The position numbers and the translations under genes were made by a program. From positions 3,420,001 through 3,452,000 of the forward strand of contig NC_002939.5 of assembly GCF_000007985.2 (NCBI RefSeq): DNA of 32,000 nt, written 5' to 3'. Positions within the stretch are counted from its first letter, which is position 1, and each line of letters begins with the position of its first letter. The notes below the pieces were generated by a model. The model saw only the letters and a list, made by a program, of their open reading frames with translations. It was not told the origin of the DNA and did no database searches. Source of the stretch: Geobacter sulfurreducens PCA (GTDB lineage Bacteria > Desulfobacterota > Desulfuromonadia > Geobacterales > Geobacteraceae). This document shows, piece by piece, positions 7,876 to 15,678 of the stretch.

Positions 7876-8814
7876 ATGCAACATAGGGATGACACTGATC
7901 GGATCGAGTGCTGCGAGTTGACAGCCGCGCTGGAAGGACTGGTAGCGAGAATTGCCCGATGGACCGAGACGGAGGAACGGGTCACCACCGCGGTGCCGGG
8001 CTTGTTCCTCTTTCGGAAGGAACATCCAACCGAGCCGATGAGCGGCATGTACGAGCCGAGCATCTGTCTGGTCGCGCAGGGGGCGAAGCGGGTGCTGCTC
8101 GGGGACGACACATATGTGTATGACGCCCGCAATTACCTGATCACCTCGGTGCACCTGCCGACGGTCGTGCAGATCACTGAGGCAAGTCCCGAGCAGCCAT
8201 ATCTGGGACTCAGCATGCGGCTCGACCAGCGGGAGATCTCGCAGCTGATGGTTGACAGCAATCTGCCGCCCCCTCCGCCACAGCAATCGACCCGCGGGAT
8301 GGCGACCAGCGACGTGACGCTGCCGCTGCTCTCCGCCTTTCATCGCCTCATCGACCTGCTCGGCGAGGAAAAGGACATCCCGATCCTCGCGCCGATCATC
8401 CAGCGCGAGATCATCTACCGGCTGCTCGTCGGCGACCAGGGGGCCCGGCTGCGCCAGATCGCCTCGGCCGGAAGCCAGAGCCAGCAGATCGCCCGGGCCA
8501 TCGAATGGCTGAAGGGAAACTTCACCCAGCCGCTCCGGATCGACGATCTCGCCGAGCAGGCCCGCATGAGCAGCTCGACCTTTCATCATCACTTCCGCTC
8601 GATGACCGCGCTGAGCCCCCTCCAGTACCAAAAGCACCTGCGACTGAACGAGGCACGGCGCCTGATGCTTACCGAGCGGTTCGATGCCGCTACCGCGGCA
8701 TTCCAGGTCGGCTATGAGAGCCCTTCGCAGTTCAGCCGCGAATACAGCCGGCTGTTCGGAGCGCCCCCGCTGCGGGACATCGCGAGACTGCGTCAAAGTC
8801 CGGTCGCTGAATAG
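7876..8814 (+). CDS. AraC-family transcriptional regulator (AraC_N-type sensing domain plus HTH_18)
   Basis: C-terminal double HTH (MSSSTFHHHFRSMTALSPLQYQKHLRLNEARRLM...GYESPSQFSREYSRLFGAPP). GGAGG lies 5 nt before ATG 7876. The gene is divergent from the AKR gene. Confidence 0.9.
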   Translation: MQHRDDTDRIECCELTAALEGLVARIARWTETEERVTTAVPGLFLFRKEHPTEPMSGMYEPSICLVAQGAKRVLLGDDTYVYDARNYLITSVHLPTVVQITEASPEQPYLGLSMRLDQREISQLMVDSNLPPPPPQQSTRGMATSDVTLPLLSAFHRLIDLLGEEKDIPILAPIIQREIIYRLLVGDQGARLRQIASAGSQSQQIARAIEWLKGNFTQPLRIDDLAEQARMSSSTFHHHFRSMTALSPLQYQKHLRLNEARRLMLTERFDAATAAFQVGYESPSQFSREYSRLFGAPPLRDIARLRQSPVAE

Positions 8815-8926
8815 CCTGATCACCGCCAGGGGGCAGATCCGCCACGGTGTCGATGCTCCGGGTCAGTGGCGAACGATAAATCGGCCGGAGCCTTTTCGGA
8901 TCAATGGTCTGCCCCCCAAAAAGCGC

Positions 8927-8955
8927 TTGCAAATCACCGGGTGGAACCGCATAGT
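8927..8955 (+). promoter_or_regulatory. candidate sigma70-type promoter for the AhpD-like/MATE unit
   Basis: TTGCAA (8927-8932), 17-nt spacer, CATAGT (8950-8955). Found by eye only. Confidence 0.3.
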
Positions 8956-8998
8956 TCCCATGCTCGGACATGAGGTTCACGGAAAAGGAGCGATGGCC

Positions 8999-9256
8999 AT
9001 GAAAATCCGTAAAAAGATTCTCGATTTCGAGTACGAAGAGGTCCTCGATGCCCGGACGCGGGAACTGATCCGGGTCGGCTGCGCCGTGGCAGTGGGGTGT
9101 CCTACCTGACTGAAGAAACACTTCGCGGCCGCGAAGGAGGCCGGCGCCACGGACGCCGAGCTAAAGGAGGCCCTGGCCTACGGGATCATCGCACCATCCG
9201 GGCGGGCCAAGAATTTCGTTCTGAACATGGCCGGGGAACTGGAACTCGGTGACTGA
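8999..9256 (+). CDS. AhpD-like (carboxymuconolactone decarboxylase family) protein with in-frame TGA, probable selenoprotein (C-P-T-Sec redox motif)
   Basis: Translation is M(A)MKIRKKILDFEYEEVLDARTRELIRVGCAVAVGCPT-[TGA 9107-9109]-LKKHFAAAKEAGATDAELKEALAYGIIAPSGRAKNFVLNMAGELELGD*. The same frame stays open for 48 more codons to TGA 9254-9256. The TGA sits exactly at the second Cys of the AhpD CxxCxxxH motif. AAGGAG (8985-8990) is 8 nt from ATG 8999; ATG 8993 is an alternative start. Confidence 0.72.
9107..9136 (+). promoter_or_regulatory. UGA plus bacterial SECIS-like hairpin
   Basis: UGA (9107-9109), 11-nt spacer, then CUUCGC-GGCC-GCGAAG (9121-9136). This is a perfect 6-bp stem with a 4-nt loop beginning GG. 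The loop starts 17 nt after the UGA. Confidence 0.6.
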
Positions 9257-9278
9257 CAGGGAGGCTTAAGAAGAACGG

Positions 9279-10637
9279 ATGGCGAAGAGAGGGTTCAGGG
9301 CACGGTACGCAAGGGAACGGAGCAAACGCGCCTCCATCCGCCGCAACGTTATGAACCTGTCGCTGCCGGTACTCCTGTCCTCGCTCTTCCAGCGGCTCGT
9401 GGCCATCGTCGACATCTTTCTCGTGGGGGGGCTGGGAGCCGCGGCCATTGCCGCCACGGGACTCGGCCAGCTTCTCGTGTTCGTGACGATGACCGTGTTC
9501 TGGGGGCTTGCCACCGGCACCACGGTAGTGATCGCCCACCTCCGGGGGGCGGGACAGCGCCGGGAAGCGCGGCGGGCGGCCTTTGCGGCGAGTCTCGCCT
9601 GCGCCGGCATGACGGCGGCGGCCTCCGCGCTCGGCTGGTTCTTCAGCGACGACCTGGCCGCGTTCCTCGGTGCCCGGGACGACGTGCTCCACCTGGCAGC
9701 CGGCTATACCCGGCTGGTCTTCCTCTATCTTGCCTTTACCACTGGCCTCAACATCCTTTCGGCCATCATGCACGGCATCGGCAACACCCGCACGCCCATG
9801 CAGGCCATTATCTTGGTCAACATTCTCCACGTGCTCATCGCCTGGCCCCTCATCTACGGCAAGCTCGGTCTCCCCGCCATGGGGGTCACCGGCGCGGCCA
9901 TCGCCATCAATGCTTCCGAGGCCATCGGCTTTCTCTACCTGCTGGTGCAAGCCCTGAGGCTGGACTACATCCGCATCGGCCGACCCGACACGGGACTCAT
10001 GGGCCGCATCTGGCGAGTGGGGTGGCCCGTGGCCCTGGAGCGAATTGCCCAGCAGGGGGGACAGCTCTTCTACTCGAAATTCATCATCGGCTACGGCACC
10101 GCCGCCTACGCAGCTCACCAGATCGGACTCTCCATCGAATCCCTGTCCTTCATGCCGGGTGCGGGCATGGGGATCGCCGCCGCCACCCTCATGGGACAGG
10201 CCCTGGGGGCAAAAAAATACCGCCGGGCGCGGATCAGCCATCGTGAGGCCCTGCGCCTGGCGGTTATTGTCATGGGGACCATGGCGGCCGTCTTCCTGAC
10301 AGTACCCGGGCCGCTCATCGGGCTCTTCACCCGGGACCCGGCGGTCATCGAAAACGGCATTGTGTTCCTGCGGCTGGTGGCCTTCGCCCAAGTGCCGTTG
10401 GCCCTCTCCTTCGTCTATGCCGGGAGCCTGCGCGGCACCGGCGACACCTTCTACGTCTTCCTGGTCACCCTCGGCGTCATGTGGGGGGTGCGGGTCTTTC
10501 TCTCATGGGTGGCGTCCGACTGGTGCCACCTTTCCCTCTACGCCGTCTGGGGCGTCTTCGTCATCGACTGGTACGTGCGAGCCGCCGCCTTCTGGTGGCG
10601 GTACCGCCAGCGGGACCTGCACGCGGTCATCATCTGA
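9279..10637 (+). CDS. MATE-family efflux transporter
   Basis: 452 aa and polytopic. The N-terminal motif LSLPVLLSSLFQRLVAIVDIFLVGGLG and the two-fold repeat architecture are typical of NorM/DinF-type MATE proteins. The exact start is uncertain because the RBS is weak. Confidence 0.85.
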   Translation: MAKRGFRARYARERSKRASIRRNVMNLSLPVLLSSLFQRLVAIVDIFLVGGLGAAAIAATGLGQLLVFVTMTVFWGLATGTTVVIAHLRGAGQRREARRAAFAASLACAGMTAAASALGWFFSDDLAAFLGARDDVLHLAAGYTRLVFLYLAFTTGLNILSAIMHGIGNTRTPMQAIILVNILHVLIAWPLIYGKLGLPAMGVTGAAIAINASEAIGFLYLLVQALRLDYIRIGRPDTGLMGRIWRVGWPVALERIAQQGGQLFYSKFIIGYGTAAYAAHQIGLSIESLSFMPGAGMGIAAATLMGQALGAKKYRRARISHREALRLAVIVMGTMAAVFLTVPGPLIGLFTRDPAVIENGIVFLRLVAFAQVPLALSFVYAGSLRGTGDTFYVFLVTLGVMWGVRVFLSWVASDWCHLSLYAVWGVFVIDWYVRAAAFWWRYRQRDLHAVII

Positions 10638-10683
10638 ACCGAAGCGGGCGCGGCTTCGACATCGTGAAGGCCCGCCCCGTTCC

Positions 10684-11346
10684 CTACTTCTGCACCCACC
10701 TGCCGTTCTGGAGCTGTATCCACCACCCCGGCCGGGCCTCCTCCCGCCTGGTGTCGGCATAGGTCGCCGCCGCCTTGGGGAGCACCTGACTGAGGGCCTG
10801 CTTGGATTCCTTCTGTTTGTTGAGCCTGATGATCGCCCGGGCCATGCCGGTGATGACGGTCTTACGGTTGTCGTTCTCGGCCTTGACCACCGCGTCGTCG
10901 CCGGGAGCCGCCTTTGCCGCGTCCCTCATGGTCACGAGCCCCTGGTTGGTCTCACCCACGACCCCCTGGCTCCGGAGCTGGTCGAGCTTGGGCAGGCGTG
11001 CCCGCATCTCGTCATAGGCCTTGAGCACCTCAGGCATGCTGGACAGTTCCACGGCCAACTGATCCGCATAATCGTCAGCCGCCCAGGCTTCGGTCACCAG
11101 CGACAGGGACGGCAGACTGTTCCACAGGCGGCTCTGGGGCTTGTCCGCCGGCGGCTGCCCCTCGGCCGGTTTCTGGTCGGGCGCGGGCTTCTGCTCCCCC
11201 TCCCGTCCAAGGAGCATATCGTCCAGCGACTTGTAAGCCTCTTTGACGGCCTTTTCGGGGAAATACACATTGACGGTAATGATGGCGCAGGCGGCCAGAA
11301 GGCCGCAGAGCCCCATCAGGGTTCCGGCGAAGAGCTTCCTGATCAT
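10684..11346 (-). CDS. lipoprotein with C-terminal YdbL (DUF1318) domain and an N-terminal YnbE-like module
   Basis: Lipobox LLAAC. A Pro/Gln-rich linker follows. The C-terminal part LDQLRSQGVVGETNQGLV...VKAENDNRKTV...ARPGWWIQLQNGRWVQK resembles the YdbL family. It lies immediately downstream of the YdbH-like gene. Confidence 0.7.
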   Translation of the reverse strand: MIRKLFAGTLMGLCGLLAACAIITVNVYFPEKAVKEAYKSLDDMLLGREGEQKPAPDQKPAEGQPPADKPQSRLWNSLPSLSLVTEAWAADDYADQLAVELSSMPEVLKAYDEMRARLPKLDQLRSQGVVGETNQGLVTMRDAAKAAPGDDAVVKAENDNRKTVITGMARAIIRLNKQKESKQALSQVLPKAAATYADTRREEARPGWWIQLQNGRWVQK

Positions 11347-11425
11347 CGCTTCCTCCTTGCTGATTAGCTACCGTGCACTATATCACATGAAGCCCCAATT
11401 GGAAGGACTGCGCCGGCGAGTGGCA

Positions 11426-14400
11426 TCAGTCGCGCCACTGAAACTCCATCTCCACCGGCTTTTCGGCCGGTGCCGGCTCCCCGGCCACCGCCTTGCCGCG
11501 GGTGGCCGCCTCCTTGATGGCTCCGAACAGGTGCGTCAGGGCAATCCGGTTCTGGACCGGGGCGACCGAAACGCTCAGGTCCTTGATGCCGAAGATATTC
11601 GTATGGGCCAGGTCCAGGGTCGTGAAGGTGAGATACCCGTTCTCCAGGTAGGCGCTGACTTCGCCCCGATCGTAGGGACGGTCGTCGCGAAAAAAGAAGC
11701 CGCGCAGCTTTTTTCCTGCCAGGCGCTGGAGGAATTCACGGGAAAGAAGCATGCGCTCGCGAGTCGACTCCCGAGCCCAGAGGTCGGTGAAGCCGGTGAG
11801 CCCGTCCATCCCGGCCCCTTGGCCGTGGAGGCTGAGCAGGCCGTCGACCCGGCCGGAAACGTATCCGCGGATCTTGGGGACTGCATCGCAGAGTCGCGCA
11901 AGGCTCAGGTCGTAAACCAGAATATCGCCTCCGTAGACGATGCCTCCCCGGGCCGTCACGAACCCTCTCCCCAGAAGTTGTCCCTCGTAGAGCCCTGACC
12001 GGAGCGAGCTGATCTCCAAGGTGCCGTTGGCGGCCCGCAGCCCCAGGGTCGTCTCTCCCAGCTCCAGGGGACCGAAGCGGATCTTCCCCACGGTGAGAGT
12101 ATGATCCCCGGGGCCCTGTTGCCGGAGCATTTCCTGCAGGCGGGCAAAATTCTCCCGACTGAAACTCAGCTCCTGGCGGGGGCGCTTGGCCGCTTCGGCA
12201 GCCGTCCGGAGCGAGAAGGGAATCGTCCCGCCGATCCCGCTGACATTGAGTTTCTGGGACGGAAAATCTAAGCGGACCCCGGAGAGCGTCGCAGTCCCGT
12301 CTACCATCCCGGCTTTTCCCGCCAACGCCACCTCGGCAGCGACGGCCACATCTCCCTCCAGGGTCGCCTCCTGCACCGGCCGCGGCAGGACATTGATCAG
12401 GGGGTCCACCAGGGACGTGAGAGAGGTACGCGGCAGCGTTACGGAAAATGTCCCTGTCCGCTCCGGCGAACGGAACCGATCCATGCTTCCCGCAATCCGA
12501 ACGGAGGCCCCTTCTCCCAGAACGGCCACCGCCTCGCGCAGGTCGAGCCGCTCCCCGGCCACCCGGGCCGCCACCCGGGCTTCCGCACCGGACAGGAGCC
12601 GCTTACCCCCCGCTCCGTCCAGGGCTATGCCGGATGCCCGTGCTTCGAGCCCGCAGTGCAGCCCTGCTCCCCCCGCAAAGCCGCCGTCAACACTGATGGT
12701 GGCCTCCCCCCCGGCCACTGCGGGAATCCGGCCGGTGGCGGGCATTAGTGGAGCGATGGCCGCCAGCTTCGCCTGCCGAAGCGAACCGGAGAACCGAAGA
12801 TCCTCCAGCGGGGACCGTGCGGGAAAATCGATCCGGGCACTAAGTGCCCCCCCCAGCAGATGCCCTCCCACCACCGCTTCCCCCTTCTCCCGGCCGAGCG
12901 TGAACCTAACCGAGGGCGCGCCGATGGGTTTCCCCTGCAACGTCAGGTGCGCCGCCGCCCCGCTCCCTTCCACTTCCGGCCAGCCCGGCGTGCCCCCATG
13001 ATAGGTTCCCCGGATGGATGCATTGATTCCTCCGGCCCCTCCTGTTCCGTGAGTCACTGCTCCCTCCGTCACCTCCAGGGTAAAGGGGCGGACTGTCCCT
13101 GCCGGCGCGTCCGGCAGCCGGACCACCACCAGCCGGGCCGTACCGGCTGAGGGGCCAAAGCGAAAACGGGGGGCGTCAAGCATCAGTGAACGGCCGTCAA
13201 GCCTGAACGGAGCCGCCAACTCTCCCTGACGGCCGCCGTAGGAGGCGTCGTCGAGCAGAAGTGTGCCGGCGGCAGACGCGGCGCCCTGGCGCCAGGCAAA
13301 ACGGGCGCGCAAGTCACCCTTCCCGAGAGTGGCCGGCTTTCCCTTGATCGACAGGGCTGCGCCGTTCACCGCCGCAGCGAGTTCGCCGACAAAAGGACCG
13401 CGAACGCCGCCCGCCAGATCCAGGGAAAGCGCAGCGGTGCCGCGCTCGGGGCGCAGGCCGTAGGGTTCCAACCGAGTGGCGGCAAGCATGAGGGACGAGG
13501 AAGGTACCCGCAAAGAGAGCTGGAGTGGCTGCGCCGCCGTCGGCCTGAATCGCCCGCCCCCCTCCAACGGGATACCCATGACCCGGCAGGACATGCCGGC
13601 AACCCGTGCCTCCGTCGGCTTAAAGTGCGAGGACACCTCCGCCTCGAACGGAATGCGGAGTCCATCGACCATGACGTCTCCTGCCGTCCGGGGCGAGAGC
13701 AACTGGCCGGACAGGCGCCATCCCCTTGCCGCAGGGGATACGGAAACCGTCCCGTCGACGTCCCGGGCGACGACCCTCGCGCCCATTGCAATGGTCCCGC
13801 CACTCAGTGTCACAGCACCGTCAACGCTGGTTACCCCCCGTGCGCGGTCGCCGACAACCCGTATTCCCCGCGTCCGGAGCATCCCCGCCGTGACGATACG
13901 CGTGCCGGACGCCGGCAGGAAACGTCCCAACCGGGCCAGATCCACCTCGTCAAGAGTCAAACGGGCGTCAAAGCGCCCCTTGCGCCTTACTTGTTCCATG
14001 GTCCCCGTCAACCGGGCCGCGACGAGATCGCTCAGAACCAGATCCAGGCGGTCGAGCACAGCACGGTCCGCCTGCATGTCATAGGAAACCGCTGCCTGGA
14101 GATTGCCGCCCAGCGGAATCCTCTGTCCCCGGGCCATAAGCACACCATTCTGCACCGCGCCGCCCCCGTCAATACGGATCATGCCCTCCCGCAGCTGAGC
14201 CCGTACAGCCAAGGAACCGTGGGCTCCGGCGAGGTCTAGGGCCCGGCCGCTGCTCCGCTGCGAAAAGGATGCGAGGGTAATAGACGGGGCGGAGAGGGTA
14301 AGATCAAAGGCGGGGCGGGCCCCCATGCGACCCCGTCCCGCCAGGCTGAACCGGTTTCCGGCGGCGTCGGCAAAAGCGAGTTCAAGCCGGGAGTCGGTCG

Positions 14401-14953
14401 TCCCCTGCGTTGACAGGTCGCGCAGATTCAGATCGATCCCTTCCATGCGATGGCCTTCGACCGCCAGGCTACCCCGGCGCACCACAACCTCTCCGATGCG
14501 GGTATCCGGGGCAGGCTTTTTCCCCTTCATTCCCGTTGCCAGGCGCGCCAGGTTCCAGGTACCGGACCGATCTCGCACCAAGGTAAGGCGTACCCCGTCC
14601 AGAATGATGCGGTGCAGGGTCCGCTCCCCGCGGATGAGGGCTCCCCAGCGGGGGACAACGGTAACGGCATCAGCTGCGGCGAGGACGCCTGCGGGGAACC
14701 CCGCAGGGTTGCCGATGGCAATGCCTCTGACGGCAATGCCCATGCCCGAGGTATGGAGCGCGGTAATGGTAACGGGACAGCCAAGGGTTCGGGAAAGCAG
14801 GCGGGACAGGTGACGTGTGGCCAGGGGAGACGCCAGATAGAGCTTAACCAGGATCAAGATCAGGAGACAGAGGAGAAGCACCGCGACCACCGCCATTGCC
14901 ATGCGGCGACCGCCCCGGCGTTGTGGTGTCTCCATCTGGTCAGAATGCGGCAT
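11426..14953 (-). CDS. YdbH-like AsmA-family intermembrane lipid-transport protein
   Basis: 1175 aa with a single N-terminal TM (MAMAVVAVLLLCLLILILV) and a long beta-rich repetitive body. The C-terminal block (YEGQLLGRGF...SGRVDGLLSLHG...YLENGYLTFTTLDL...IKDLSVSV) resembles the YdbH C-terminal domain. GGAGGGAGA RBS precedes ATG 14953. Confidence 0.75.
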   Translation of the reverse strand: MPHSDQMETPQRRGGRRMAMAVVAVLLLCLLILILVKLYLASPLATRHLSRLLSRTLGCPVTITALHTSGMGIAVRGIAIGNPAGFPAGVLAAADAVTVVPRWGALIRGERTLHRIILDGVRLTLVRDRSGTWNLARLATGMKGKKPAPDTRIGEVVVRRGSLAVEGHRMEGIDLNLRDLSTQGTTDSRLELAFADAAGNRFSLAGRGRMGARPAFDLTLSAPSITLASFSQRSSGRALDLAGAHGSLAVRAQLREGMIRIDGGGAVQNGVLMARGQRIPLGGNLQAAVSYDMQADRAVLDRLDLVLSDLVAARLTGTMEQVRRKGRFDARLTLDEVDLARLGRFLPASGTRIVTAGMLRTRGIRVVGDRARGVTSVDGAVTLSGGTIAMGARVVARDVDGTVSVSPAARGWRLSGQLLSPRTAGDVMVDGLRIPFEAEVSSHFKPTEARVAGMSCRVMGIPLEGGGRFRPTAAQPLQLSLRVPSSSLMLAATRLEPYGLRPERGTAALSLDLAGGVRGPFVGELAAAVNGAALSIKGKPATLGKGDLRARFAWRQGAASAAGTLLLDDASYGGRQGELAAPFRLDGRSLMLDAPRFRFGPSAGTARLVVVRLPDAPAGTVRPFTLEVTEGAVTHGTGGAGGINASIRGTYHGGTPGWPEVEGSGAAAHLTLQGKPIGAPSVRFTLGREKGEAVVGGHLLGGALSARIDFPARSPLEDLRFSGSLRQAKLAAIAPLMPATGRIPAVAGGEATISVDGGFAGGAGLHCGLEARASGIALDGAGGKRLLSGAEARVAARVAGERLDLREAVAVLGEGASVRIAGSMDRFRSPERTGTFSVTLPRTSLTSLVDPLINVLPRPVQEATLEGDVAVAAEVALAGKAGMVDGTATLSGVRLDFPSQKLNVSGIGGTIPFSLRTAAEAAKRPRQELSFSRENFARLQEMLRQQGPGDHTLTVGKIRFGPLELGETTLGLRAANGTLEISSLRSGLYEGQLLGRGFVTARGGIVYGGDILVYDLSLARLCDAVPKIRGYVSGRVDGLLSLHGQGAGMDGLTGFTDLWARESTRERMLLSREFLQRLAGKKLRGFFFRDDRPYDRGEVSAYLENGYLTFTTLDLAHTNIFGIKDLSVSVAPVQNRIALTHLFGAIKEAATRGKAVAGEPAPAEKPVEMEFQWRD

Positions 14954-14976
14954 TGGACTGTCTCCCTCCGAAGGAG

Positions 14977-15005
14977 ACTGTAACCGGTAAGCACTGCCCT
15001 GGCAA
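14977..15005 (-). promoter_or_regulatory. candidate promoter of the ydbH-like operon
   Basis: Minus strand reads TTGCCA (15005-15000), 17 nt, TACAGT (14982-14977). The inverted repeat CTGCCCT/AGGGCAG overlaps the -35. Confidence 0.35.
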
Positions 15006-15111
15006 GGGAGGGCAGGAAAAAGAGGGGTGCAAAAACGACGGTGCGATTGAGGTCCGGTCGAAGACGGCGTGACGACGGGCGCGCTCCCGAACCATCCGTT
15101 ATGAATTCGTT

Positions 15112-15146
15112 TAAAATGAAAAAGCCCCGCAATAAGGGGGCTTTTT
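15112..15146 (-). terminator. intrinsic terminator after hup (A/T-flanked, potentially bidirectional)
   Basis: Minus strand reads GCCCC-cttattgc-GGGGC followed by TTTTTCATTTT. On the plus strand the GCCCC (15124-15128) / GGGGC (15137-15141) stem is flanked by an A5 run and a T5 run. Confidence 0.7.
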
Positions 15147-15198
15147 CATCCTTTGTGAAGGGAGAACCCGTACCGTCTGGAATGACGGTGTACCGCCG

Positions 15199-15483
15199 CT
15201 ACTTCTTCTTGCCGGCAACCGCGTCCTTGAGGGCCTTGCCCGGACGGAACTTGGGAACCTTGGCGGCAGCGATCTTGATCTCCTTGCCGGTCTGGGGGTT
15301 ACGGCCGGTGCGCGCCTTGCGGGTGGACACCTCGAAGCTACCGAAACCGACCAGGGTCACTTTGTCACCCTTCTTAAGGGCGTCGCTGACGGCGCTGATA
15401 ACGGCGCCAACGGCCTTGTCTGCGGCCGCCTTGGTCAGGTTGGCAGATTTCGCTACGGCATCCACAAGTTCAGCTTTGGTCAT
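15199..15483 (-). CDS. hup: HU-family nucleoid-associated DNA-binding protein
   Basis: [25 protein letters not shown]...[47 protein letters not shown] 15483 lies 7 nt after AAGGAGG. The ORF-track start at 15489 is a TTG two codons upstream. Confidence 0.95.
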   Translation of the reverse strand: MTKAELVDAVAKSANLTKAAADKAVGAVISAVSDALKKGDKVTLVGFGSFEVSTRKARTGRNPQTGKEIKIAAAKVPKFRPGKALKDAVAGKKK

Positions 15484-15517
15484 GGTCAACCCTCCTTTGT
15501 TGGTAATTCTGGCAGAT

Positions 15518-15545
15518 ACTATAGACAGAAATTTCCACTTTGCAA
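15518..15545 (-). promoter_or_regulatory. candidate strong promoter of hup
   Basis: Minus strand reads TTGCAA (15545-15540), 16 nt, TATAGT (15523-15518). An A/T-rich UP-like tract lies upstream (15546-15590). Confidence 0.5.
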
Positions 15546-15678
15546 GGGATTTATTTTCGTCAACTTCATTTTTTTATCGGCGGAAACCCTTACCGTATCA
15601 GGTTTTTTGGCCACCTGACGTCCGCAACTCCAGCACTGGCGCGAACTCTACATATTAACATGCTGATATCACAAGTAT

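Noticed and set aside
8684-8992. N-terminal 103 codons of the ORF-track entry 8684-9109
   Set aside because: This part overlaps the 3' end of the AraC gene in another frame and crosses the intergenic region. The AhpD-like similarity and the AAGGAG RBS begin only at about 8985-9001.
9186-10391. 401-aa minus-strand ORF
   Set aside because: It is antisense to the MATE transporter. The product would be highly charged and Gly/Pro/His-rich, and there is no RBS.
15041-15658. 205-aa plus-strand ORF spanning the hup locus
   Set aside because: It is antisense to the HU gene and runs through that gene's terminator and promoter. HU is unmistakable on the minus strand.
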